Source of the DNA: Nitrososphaeria archaeon
GTDB lineage: Archaea > Thermoproteota > Nitrososphaeria > JACIWG01
Direction: 5' to 3'
Assembly: GCA_050011875.1 (NCBI GenBank)
Contig: JBEKIG010000007.1
Location: 1 to 64,000, forward strand
DNA length: 64,000 bases
Shown piece by piece: positions 51,956 to 60,854 of the stretch (positions are counted from its first letter, which is position 1; every line of letters starts with the position of its first letter). Position numbers and translations under genes: made by a program. The notes under the pieces were generated by a model that saw only the letters and a program-made list of their open reading frames with translations, searched no databases and had not been told where the DNA came from.

Positions 51956-52071
51956 CGGGCCCGGTGGGATTTGAACCCACGACCTACAGCTTAGGAGGCT
52001 GCCGCGCTATCCATTCTGCGCGGACGCCTACTGTTCATACAACAGCAGAACGCCCTCTGCGCTACGAGCCC
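51956..52071 (-). tRNA. tRNA-Arg(CCT) with 41-nt D-loop intron at about 15/16 (52016-52056)
   Basis: GGGCTCG acceptor, GCAGC-CTCCTAA-GCTGT; GCGC-AGA / GCGC-AGA junctions with a hairpin intron; mature length 75 nt. Confidence 0.92.
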
Positions 52072-53162
52072 AGGCCCAACATTAAACTGTCAAGAGGCGT
52101 TCTTTAAGCTTTTTTCTTAGATCATAGAAGTTGGTTTAGGATGTTCATTGTCTATCATTATGGTTTTTTGTGAGGCCTATTTGCTAATGATGAAAAAATT
52201 TTGGAAAGTCCATGACTAGTCAGCAAGTCTTCTATGCCTAATGATATGATCTTATGTTATTGGGTTATGCACTAGTAGGTAGCATTATGACTTAAAATTT
52301 GATATCAAGACTTGATGCTGATTGATTCCATTTTTTATTTTTAATAGTTAATTCCACTTTAGTCTACTTTAATCAAGATAAAGGTCTGTCTTAGATATCA
52401 TGTCAACGATTAAGTAAAGATTTATCGTGAATAAACATGTTGACGATTTTTTTCGTCACTAAACTGTTATTAATTAATCAAGGAATTCATTGATAGAAAA
52501 GCGTTCGACAACTAGCCTAACCAAGATCAGTGAATTGTTTAAGAACAGCTGCTCTTTACTGAATATACAGAGTTTCCTGATTATAACAAGCTTTTTTATT
52601 TTAAACCTGATTCGATCCTTCATGCTGACAAATCCGAAATCATATAACCTTTGTAACTAGTATCTCTTTATAGTATCCCTTTAGTATTCGTCCTAATGGC
52701 CCTTTAATAGATTCTTTTAATGCTTCTCTAAATTCTTCCCAGTGAGATTCCCATTCATAGCCCAACAAATTACAGGAACATAAGAAGCATGACCGTGCTT
52801 CTGGCGGAGTCATGCGAGGTAAAGCAAGGTAAGGTTCATAACCACATTAGGTTCTATATCGCGTTAGGAAGAAACTATAACTTCGCGATAATAAATGTCT
52901 ATACCAACAAACTTGAAGTAGGTTTCCCTTTGTAATCGCCTGAACAAGATTCTACATTATTCGTCTGGATTATAGGAGTTGGATGCGTAATCATACTTAT
53001 AGCTGAGATAATATACTTCTTGCTATCAGTAAGGGATTAAGAATACCCATTTCCTTTCAACTATTTCCCAAACTGGTAAACGGTTTTTAAGGTCGTTTCA
53101 AGGCCAAAATTACCTAAAAAAATAGTCAAAAAACATCATAAAAACATTTGATGAAACGAGTC

Positions 53163-53182
53163 TGGCACCGCGCGCGGTGCCA
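53163..53182. repeat. Perfect 20-bp GC-rich palindrome
   Basis: TGGCACCGCGCGCGGTGCCA in an AT-rich context. Confidence 0.85.
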
Positions 53183-53216
53183 TTTACTAATATGGTAAAC
53201 GTAAGGACACATAACT

Positions 53217-53435
53217 TCAGAGAATTTTTTTCTTGATCAAGTCGATTTTTAAGTTTTTTACTTCGTCTAAAGTGCCAGCTATGCTAACTTGTATCGCCTG
53301 CTGGTTGACGCACACTTCTTTGAACCTTCTGTCCTGGCTTTCCACTAAACTGGTGAGGGCGGCCTTTTGTTCGTTCATCGCCGCTAAAATCAGAAGCTGT
53401 GTCTCCCTGTCTGTTAGCTTTCCCTTAGCAATCAC
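53217..53435 (-). CDS. Small coiled-coil protein, probably 5'-truncated
   Basis: Open frame continues upstream (FLTALGILAPESVDLIKRVIAKGKLTDRETQLLIL) into the repeat region. Confidence 0.5.
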   Translation of the reverse strand: MIAKGKLTDRETQLLILAAMNEQKAALTSLVESQDRRFKEVCVNQQAIQVSIAGTLDEVKNLKIDLIKKKIL

Positions 53436-53559
53436 TCTCTTTATCAGGTCAACAGATTCAGGTGCAAGTATCCCTAACGCTGTTAAGAATGTTTGGCGCG
53501 CTAACTTAAATAAAAATAAAAAATAGTTTGAGCCAAAAAAAATATTATAAATTTGGTTT

Positions 53560-53729
53560 GGCTCAACACGTTTTAAAACAAAATGCTAACGCCAACTATT
53601 TCCTATTGGCTCAACTTATTATCATTTTGCATGAGAGTGTGTTGATGTTTAATATTGCACAGGGGGATCATACTGAGCCAGTTTGCAGAATATTTAGCGT
53701 TAACATTTCCGATTTTTTTTGATTGAGCC
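53560..53729 (-). repeat. 170-bp self-complementary non-coding element, copy B (inverted homologue of copy A)
   Basis: Plus strand GGCTCA-20-CTAACGCCAA-12-GGCTCA-60-TGAGCC-14-TTAGCGTTAA-20-TGAGCC; extra boxes at 53529 and 53756. Confidence 0.85.
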
Positions 53730-54055
53730 AGAATTAAAAATCTTAAAAAAACTCCGGCTCAAGATGTTATTTACGATGTTTGGTCTGTAAATGGTATACT
53801 AGTTAACATCAGAAACAGGTAGTGTTCACTCCCTTTTTTTCGGGTTAAAATGAACAAACATCAACAAGTATCCCCGTGTGAGTTTTGTTAATCTGGGATA
53901 TTTATAAAACTAAGCATTTTCAAATCTTAATATTTTTTGTCTGAGGCCTTTGCATACAAGCAATTTATCAAAGGTTGTTCTTGGCAGTGTCAATCATCTG
54001 TTTTGTTTTTTATAAAAAGAATTGAAAATGCTGGTATAACGTTAATTTTTTGGGT

Positions 54056-54283
54056 TTACCAAGCTTCAAGCAAGGTTTCTGTACTTCTTACACCATCTAG
54101 AAGGTGAACTCTTGCTATAACATCTAGTACATCGTCAAGGTCGTTCGTTTCTATGAACACAACCATGTCCACTCTACCGAAAGTTTGAAAAACTTTTTTG
54201 ATTCCTTTGATTTTACTTATTTGCTCTTGTATTGTGTTACCTTTAACAGGTACGGTCTTGACTAAGAGGCAGGCCTTAAGCAT
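54056..54283 (-). CDS. Stand-alone Lrp/AsnC ligand-binding (RAM) domain
   Basis: KACLLVKT...FGRVDMVV...GVRSTETL. Confidence 0.88.
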   Translation of the reverse strand: MLKACLLVKTVPVKGNTIQEQISKIKGIKKVFQTFGRVDMVVFIETNDLDDVLDVIARVHLLDGVRSTETLLEAW

Positions 54284-54513
54284 TAGTTCTCAATCTCCAC
54301 AAGGGTTTCGGTAAACACTACTCCGGCTATGTTACTGATCTTGATCACATTTCTACCAAGTTCCTTTCCGTTCGAGGTTATTAGGTGAACTACGACATCA
54401 TATCTTCCGAGAACAGGGTATGTGTCTACAACGGTTTCTATGCTCTTTATTCTTTCTATGACGTCTATGAATTTGCCCTTCTCAGTCCTTATCAATATAC
54501 ATGCATCTACCAT
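54283..54513 (-). CDS. Stand-alone Lrp/AsnC ligand-binding (RAM) domain
   Basis: MVDACILIRT...LGRYDVVV...GVVFTETL. Confidence 0.88.
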   Translation of the reverse strand: MVDACILIRTEKGKFIDVIERIKSIETVVDTYPVLGRYDVVVHLITSNGKELGRNVIKISNIAGVVFTETLVEIEN

Positions 54514-54610
54514 AACGTCTTCAAAAATTATAGTGTTCTGCCATATATAAGATTTTAGAACCGATTTAGAAATATCGGTGTGCACGCTTAAAAAGGTGGT
54601 TTAGACTTTC

Positions 54611-54827
54611 CTAAATATCAAGGACTACTTGATCAAGTATTTTTTGACTTGGTTTTCCTGTGATTGGGTCTAGTTCTCTTGCAGTATAGAATTCTGGTCG
54701 CGTAGCCACCTCCTCCAACATAGAGCTCCACCCATTTACTGTTCAGCTCAAGTTTTTCGAATGACTCCTTCTCCAAATCTACCTCAAGTATTTTTCCCGC
54801 ATAACCATTATGATTTTGCGCTTTCAT
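54611..54827 (-). pseudogene. Aldehyde:ferredoxin oxidoreductase remnant (N- and C-termini only)
   Basis: NGYAGKILEVDL...YVGGGGYATRILY joined, with frame change, to RELDPITGKPSQKILDQVVLDI*. Confidence 0.8.
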
Positions 54828-54832
54828 TCTTC

Positions 54833-55069
54833 TTAGCCGCCTTCGACTAACGGTAGAATCCAAAGCTCGTCTACGTCTGATACTTCTGCGTTTGATTTTA
54901 CAATCTTCATCTTGTTGATTGATAGGACATAATCGTCAAGAGGTACCCCAGACAGTTCTTTTATGTCTCTTATGCACAACTTGCCGTCTAGCTTTATTTC
55001 TTTTTCCTTAAAGCCTATCTTCTCACAAAGTGGGCTAAATACTTTAAGCTTCATTCTGTTATCCTCCAC
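54833..55069 (-). CDS. MoaD/ThiS/SAMP ubiquitin-like protein
   Basis: 78 aa ending in DELWILPLVEGG. Confidence 0.88.
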   Translation of the reverse strand: MEDNRMKLKVFSPLCEKIGFKEKEIKLDGKLCIRDIKELSGVPLDDYVLSINKMKIVKSNAEVSDVDELWILPLVEGG

Positions 55070-55169
55070 ATATTAGAGATATCCAAATATGATTTTTAAC
55101 CTTTAACCTTCTCGACACTAACATGTACAACTTCTAACATATGCTACTCTTGAATTAAGACAGGCCGTA

Positions 55170-55592
55170 CTATTTCCTTTTACTGAAATATTCTTTAGCT
55201 TTATCAAAAGCTGGCTGAGCCTGTGCTGAAGGTTTCATGGGGGGAACGAAGACACAGTAAATAGTCATCTTTGACTTCGATGAGTTCCTAACTTGATGCT
55301 CTACACCGGCGTGTGCGTAGATCAAGGAGCCTCCGGAAACAGGAGTAACCTTTTCTTTTCCATTAACAATCTCGATAGCATTACCTCTTCCTTTTACCAC
55401 GAGTATTATTTCATCGCCTTCATGGGTGTGCAGGCTCGTTGAACCTTTAGGCTCGAAAGTGACAAACAAAACGGTTGCCTTGTCGCTACCGTTAATGTCT
55501 GGATGAAGTGCAACCCTATACTCTCTCGGGTTCGGTGGTGCTAACTGAACTCGAGGGATATCCTTTGTATATATTACAACCATATTAATCAA
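55170..55592 (-). CDS. Cupin-domain protein
   Basis: HTHEGDE...GVEH. Confidence 0.88.
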   Translation of the reverse strand: MINMVVIYTKDIPRVQLAPPNPREYRVALHPDINGSDKATVLFVTFEPKGSTSLHTHEGDEIILVVKGRGNAIEIVNGKEKVTPVSGGSLIYAHAGVEHQVRNSSKSKMTIYCVFVPPMKPSAQAQPAFDKAKEYFSKRK

Positions 55593-55691
55593 ACGGAACT
55601 CTACTTTAAATGTATATAAACAATTTGATAGGTTTGCCAGCGGATAAAAGACATATTAAGTTCCTGATGATACTGAATGCTTTAGATTTGC

Positions 55692-57017
55692 TTGAGCCAA
55701 GAAAAAGATGTGGATAAACAACTTAAAGATAAGGCTATAGAACGGCACCTATTCTACCGCGGAAAGATAGAAATCGTGCCAAAATGCTGGATTTCGAGTT
55801 TAGATGATTTTTCTATATGGTATACTCCAGGAGTCGCTGCGGTATGTAACGAAATATTAAAAGACAAGGAGAGATCCTTTGATTACACATTAAGGTGGAA
55901 TACAATCGCTGTCGTATCAGACGGCACACGTGTCTTGGGTCTTGGGAACATAGGCCCAGAAGCGGCAATTCCTGTTATGGAAGGCAAGGCGCTCATCTTC
56001 AAATACTTGGGTGGTGTTGACGCTGTGCCAATCTGTCTGAGCACGCGAGATGAAGATAAGATCGTGGAGATCGTAAAGTTCATGGAACCTTCCTTTGGTG
56101 GAATAAACTTGGAGGACATCGAAAAGCCTAAATGCTTCTCAGTTCTCGAAAGGCTGAAGAAACAGCTGTCTATACCTGTTTGGCACGATGACCAGCAAGG
56201 ATCAGCAACTGTAATATGCGCTGGACTAATGAACGCGCTTAAGCTTGCAGGAAAAAAAATGAAGGATGCCAAGATAACGATGATTGGTGCTGGTGCAGCT
56301 AACTATAGCGTAGAAAGACTAATCGTCAAAGCAGGAATTGATGAAAAGGAGATCGTTATGGTTGATAGCAAAGGAATCCTGAACGACTCAAGAAAGGATC
56401 TTGAAGCAAATGAGCCATACAAGTGGAAATTATGTTTGAAGACAAACGGTGAGAGAAAAACCGGAGATATTGCCAAGGCATTAAATGGCGCTGACGTCTG
56501 TATCGCTATGTCAAGGCCGGGACCTGGGATCATAAAGAAAGAATGGATTAAAGGGATGAACAACAAAGCTATTGTTTTCTCGTGTGCAAATCCCGTTCCA
56601 GAAATTTGGCCTCATGAATCAAAGGAAGCAGGAGCCTTTATCATAGCCACTGCTAGAGGTGACTTCCCCAATCAACTAAACAACTCCCTCGTATTTCCAG
56701 GAATCTTCAGGGGAGCTCTTGATGTTAGGGCAAAGAGCATTTCAGATGGAATGTGCTTAGCTTCAGCAAGAGAAATAGCAAAGATGGCTGAAGATAATGG
56801 GCTGACTCCGGAGTATATTGTACCAACGATGGAAGAATGGGAAGTCTACCCAAGACAGGCCGCTGCAGTGGCATACCAGGCAACAGTAGAAGGACTTGCT
56901 AGAGTCAAAATTACCCAACAAGAAGAGCTTAGAAGCGCTAAGGAGTTAATCCTTTCTTCCAGAAAGAAGCTTGAGGTTTTAAAGGAAGCTGGTCTAATCT
57001 CTAAGCCTCAACATTAG
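55692..57017 (+). CDS. NAD(P)-dependent malic enzyme
   Basis: YTPGVA, DGTRVLGLG, PVMEGK, NLEDI, HDDQQG, ANPVPE, PNQLNN. Confidence 0.94.
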   Translation: MSQEKDVDKQLKDKAIERHLFYRGKIEIVPKCWISSLDDFSIWYTPGVAAVCNEILKDKERSFDYTLRWNTIAVVSDGTRVLGLGNIGPEAAIPVMEGKALIFKYLGGVDAVPICLSTRDEDKIVEIVKFMEPSFGGINLEDIEKPKCFSVLERLKKQLSIPVWHDDQQGSATVICAGLMNALKLAGKKMKDAKITMIGAGAANYSVERLIVKAGIDEKEIVMVDSKGILNDSRKDLEANEPYKWKLCLKTNGERKTGDIAKALNGADVCIAMSRPGPGIIKKEWIKGMNNKAIVFSCANPVPEIWPHESKEAGAFIIATARGDFPNQLNNSLVFPGIFRGALDVRAKSISDGMCLASAREIAKMAEDNGLTPEYIVPTMEEWEVYPRQAAAVAYQATVEGLARVKITQQEELRSAKELILSSRKKLEVLKEAGLISKPQH

Positions 57018-57201
57018 CGGATGAAAATAATAAAGGAGATTAGTCTAATTCTTCTTTTTTCCACATGTTGGCCTTAATTTAGGACCTGATGTTTTACAAC
57101 ATAAACTTAACCAATTCGCTCTCATCGAGATTGCATAAGACACGTAAAATGTGTTGGAAATGGAGACGGAGCCAATTAATTTTTACAAAAATCTTCCTAT
57201 T

Positions 57202-57543
57202 TTACGTGGGCTGTTTAGAAACAGTCATCTTTTTGATTTCTTGTACGGCTGTTGCGAAATTCATATCAGACTCCGGAACTTCCATATCTATCTTTGAAAA
57301 CATTTCAGTTACGATGGCTCTTAATAGAATGTTTGACCCGTATCCGAAGAGTGCACTTAAGAAAGATTCAAATTCTTTTGGGTAATCCGACACTTCCTCG
57401 AAAGATTTTAGATAGTAGTTCTTCATAAAATGTATTATTATAGCCTTTTTAGCGTTTTCACCAAGAATTGATAGCGAGGATTCAACTGACTCGGTCACCA
57501 AGCGCCTGAATTGTTGGTTATCCAAAATAAAGCACCTATTCAT
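57202..57543 (-). CDS. Hypothetical helical protein (DUF3227-like)
   Basis: VESSLSILGE...PKEFESFLSALFGYG pattern. Confidence 0.65.
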   Translation of the reverse strand: MNRCFILDNQQFRRLVTESVESSLSILGENAKKAIIIHFMKNYYLKSFEEVSDYPKEFESFLSALFGYGSNILLRAIVTEMFSKIDMEVPESDMNFATAVQEIKKMTVSKQPT

Positions 57544-57834
57544 TCGCTTTGGGGAGATATCGACCTAAACATCCCCTTTTTTCTCCTCTGTAAACAAAGT
57601 GTCAACAAAGTAATAATGAAATCCAAATGTCGTCGAATTCATAGATATTTTTTTCCTCGTTTGTTGATAGTGTCTTTTTATTCTATATAAATATTTTTAT
57701 AAGGAAGCAGTTAATCTAAAGCTTATTCTAACTATTTTTATCCAATTTGTTTGAGAAAGATTTATGAAATTATATGTGAACCATTAAAAATCAGTTGACG
57801 GAAAAATAAGTGATTGAAAGTTTACTTTTACGAT

Positions 57835-58206
57835 TCAGAGATGAGTTGGTTTACCCTCCGTTATTGTCTTAGATGGAATAAACTTTCCAAACATTTTAAG
57901 GAAGTTTGTGTCTTCATTCACATTCCTTAGATCATCTGGTAGCATAACAGGTATTTCTTCACTTATTGGAAACCATCTACCACAATTTATGCACAAGACC
58001 ATACCCCATTTTATCTTGGCTGCAAGACACTTTTTACAGTCTTCTAATAGCAAATTTTTGTCTTTTCTGGATGATTTAATGTTGTTGTAAGAGCAAAACA
58101 TTTCGCATGTTTCTTTAGGTTCTTCACATGGTGTTTGTTCAACCTTCTCGAATACATGCAGTTCTAGCGGATAGTTCTTGCACACAGGACATATGAGGAT
58201 ATCCAT
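57835..58206 (-). CDS. Trm112-like methyltransferase activator
   Basis: MDILICPVCKNYPL...CINCGRWFPISEEIPVMLPD. Confidence 0.88.
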   Translation of the reverse strand: MDILICPVCKNYPLELHVFEKVEQTPCEEPKETCEMFCSYNNIKSSRKDKNLLLEDCKKCLAAKIKWGMVLCINCGRWFPISEEIPVMLPDDLRNVNEDTNFLKMFGKFIPSKTITEGKPTHL

Positions 58207-58217
58207 TAATCTGTACC

Positions 58218-59630
58218 TTATGTTATGCTCACCGTCTTGTACGATAGAGGTTCATTTATAGGACGTTCTCTAACCAGATTTACAGCCTCTGTAAGCGAGT
58301 TTACAGCAAGGTTTTCAATTCTATTCAGAGAACGTTGGCTTCTTGCTTCTGCAGTAGTCTTTATCTGTGGTAAAGTATTAGATGCTCTGATTATAAACCA
58401 ACCATCATCCAAGTCTACCCTGACACCGTCTATTGTTAAAGCATTGTAGCCTTCTCTAACAAACTTTTCTTGCAGCTTAGCTATTACTGTGAACTTGATT
58501 CCTTCTGGGATATCATATACATTTCTTCTTGTAAAATATTTTGGTAAAGAATCAACAAGTGTCGAAAATTTTTCATCGGATTCCGAAAGTAATTGTGCAA
58601 CCTTTAATGTAGCAAATATCGCGTCATCAGCGCCATACATATCTCTAAAATAAAGGTGGCCAGAAATTTCACCTCCCATATACGCATTCTCATTAATCAT
58701 CTTCTCCAAGATGAACGAATGTCCAACCTTCGTTACAATCGATATGATACCACTTTCTCTGGCAACGTCGTCGAGTAGCTTTGAACAGCTCACCTCGTAG
58801 ACGATCTTCTCACCAGGTGACTTTATGTAATGCCTAATAAAAATAGCGAGCATCTTGTCTCCTTCAATAATTCTCCCCTTATCATCCAAGAAGACTGCAC
58901 GATCACCATCGCCATCGTATCCAATTCCAAAATCATAGTTTCCAGTTACCAATGGGATCTTAAGGGGCTTTAAAGATTCATCAGTTGGCTCAGGAGACCG
59001 AGAAGGAAAAGTACCATCAGGATAGTTATTCATTGCCTCAACGTCCAAACCAGCTTTTTCCAATATCTTGTCAGCAAACAGTGAGCAACAGCCATTGCCC
59101 ATGTCCATAAGAACGCGAAGAGGGCGAGATATCTTGACTTTGTTAAGAACGAAGTCCTGAAAGTCGCGAATTATGATTTTACTCCAATCTTCAATCCTAC
59201 CAGATGGAGCTTCATTGTACATTCTCTTTACGGCAATATCTTTGATTTTTTCCAGCCCCATACCCCAACCGCAGAGTATACTTTTCTCTTTACAAAGTTT
59301 AAGACCATTCCATTCAGGAGGATTATGGCTCGCACTAATAACAGCACCTCCATCAAGACCATAATGTGATATCGCAAAATATACCGTTGGGGTAGGTACA
59401 AGACCAACGTCATAAACATTAACGCCAACAGAAAGCATTCCTTTTATAAAAGCTTCCTTCAGGGATGGACTGCTTACTCTTACATCATTTCCTACAGCAA
59501 CATTTTTTCCCACACCTCCTAAGTAAGTCCCATGAGCTTTACCGATAACCTCATAAACTCCTTCGTCGAGGTCAACGCCATATAAACCTCGAATGTCATA
59601 CGCTCGGAAGATCTGATCCGTAATATTCAT
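58218..59630 (-). CDS. Phosphomannomutase/phosphoglucomutase
   Basis: IFRAYDIRG, ISASHNP, YDGDGDR, GEISGH, RASNT. Confidence 0.93.
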   Translation of the reverse strand: MNITDQIFRAYDIRGLYGVDLDEGVYEVIGKAHGTYLGGVGKNVAVGNDVRVSSPSLKEAFIKGMLSVGVNVYDVGLVPTPTVYFAISHYGLDGGAVISASHNPPEWNGLKLCKEKSILCGWGMGLEKIKDIAVKRMYNEAPSGRIEDWSKIIIRDFQDFVLNKVKISRPLRVLMDMGNGCCSLFADKILEKAGLDVEAMNNYPDGTFPSRSPEPTDESLKPLKIPLVTGNYDFGIGYDGDGDRAVFLDDKGRIIEGDKMLAIFIRHYIKSPGEKIVYEVSCSKLLDDVARESGIISIVTKVGHSFILEKMINENAYMGGEISGHLYFRDMYGADDAIFATLKVAQLLSESDEKFSTLVDSLPKYFTRRNVYDIPEGIKFTVIAKLQEKFVREGYNALTIDGVRVDLDDGWFIIRASNTLPQIKTTAEARSQRSLNRIENLAVNSLTEAVNLVRERPINEPLSYKTVSIT

Positions 59631-59810
59631 ATATAAAAAATAGGTATATGATTGTATAAAAACTTTTGCGACGCAGACGATAGAAACTTGTTTTACATGC
59701 GGTCTCATCAAATGTTAGACTCTTTGCTAATAACATGTTGAAGATAGAAGTCTTAAATAGTTTACTTGGAGACCGGCTAACCTAATTAAAAGCGTTTTGG
59801 TGTTGAAACA

Positions 59811-60854
59811 ATGAAAGTTGGAATAGTCGGATATGGCGTATACATCCCTAGATGGAGAATCAGAACCGAAAATATTGCTGAGGTCTGGGGACAGGACGCA
59901 GAAGCCATTAAAAAAGGTTTGGGAGTTGAAGAAAAATCGGTGCCTTCAATGGACGAGGACACGGCAACCATAGCTGTTGAGGCGGCTAGGAACGCGATGA
60001 AAAGAGCCTATGATTTAAAGGGCCATGAAATAGGCGCCATATACGTTGGATCCGAATCTCATCCTTATGCTGTGAAACCCACAGCTGTGACAGTTGCTGA
60101 GGCACTTGGCCTAACACCTAATATTACTGCGGCAGATACAGAATTCGCCTGTAAGGCAGCTACCGCAGGGATGCAGGCGTGTCTTGGGCTTGTTAAAGGA
60201 GGATATGTGAAATATGGCATTACAATAGGTGCTGATACAGCACAAAGTGCTCCAGGAGATGCCCTCGAGTATACAGCTGCGGCAGGTGGAGCTGCATACA
60301 TAGTTGGTGAAGACAACATTCTAGCAGAAATAGAGGGAACCTGCTCTTATACTCAAGACGTCCCTGATTTTTGGAGAAGAGAGGGATCGCTGTACCCCAG
60401 ACATGCTGGAAGGTTTACAGGTGAACCTGCATATTTTGAGCATGTCATAAAATGTAGTAAGAACCTAATGGAGAAACTTAACACATGCCCCACTGACTAC
60501 ACTTACGCAGTATTCCATATGCCAAATGGAAAGTTTCCTCTAAGGGCAGCAAGCCTCCTTGGATTTGATGTAAAGAAGGTGCTACCTGGGCTAGTGGTCC
60601 AAAATATTGGAAACACCTATTCTGGCTCATCATTACTTGGCCTAGCAGCGGTACTTGATGAGGCAAAGTCAGGTGACAGAATCCTTATGACCTCATATGG
60701 CTCAGGAGCTGGATCAGACTCCTTTAGCATAACGGTCAAAGATGCGATAGAGCAAAAGAGAATGCTCGCACCCCCTGTAAAGTATTACATAAACAAAAAG
60801 AGTTACTTAAGCTACTCAATTTACGCAAAGAATAAGAAACTATTTAGAGATTGA
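59811..60854 (+). CDS. Hydroxymethylglutaryl-CoA synthase
   Basis: [40 protein letters not shown]. Confidence 0.95.
   Translation: MKVGIVGYGVYIPRWRIRTENIAEVWGQDAEAIKKGLGVEEKSVPSMDEDTATIAVEAARNAMKRAYDLKGHEIGAIYVGSESHPYAVKPTAVTVAEALGLTPNITAADTEFACKAATAGMQACLGLVKGGYVKYGITIGADTAQSAPGDALEYTAAAGGAAYIVGEDNILAEIEGTCSYTQDVPDFWRREGSLYPRHAGRFTGEPAYFEHVIKCSKNLMEKLNTCPTDYTYAVFHMPNGKFPLRAASLLGFDVKKVLPGLVVQNIGNTYSGSSLLGLAAVLDEAKSGDRILMTSYGSGAGSDSFSITVKDAIEQKRMLAPPVKYYINKKSYLSYSIYAKNKKLFRD

Noticed and set aside
53145-53215. Hammerhead ribozyme (TGATGA...GAAAC)
   Set aside because: The CUGAUGA and GAAA cores are not separated by a stem II, and no three-way junction can be drawn.
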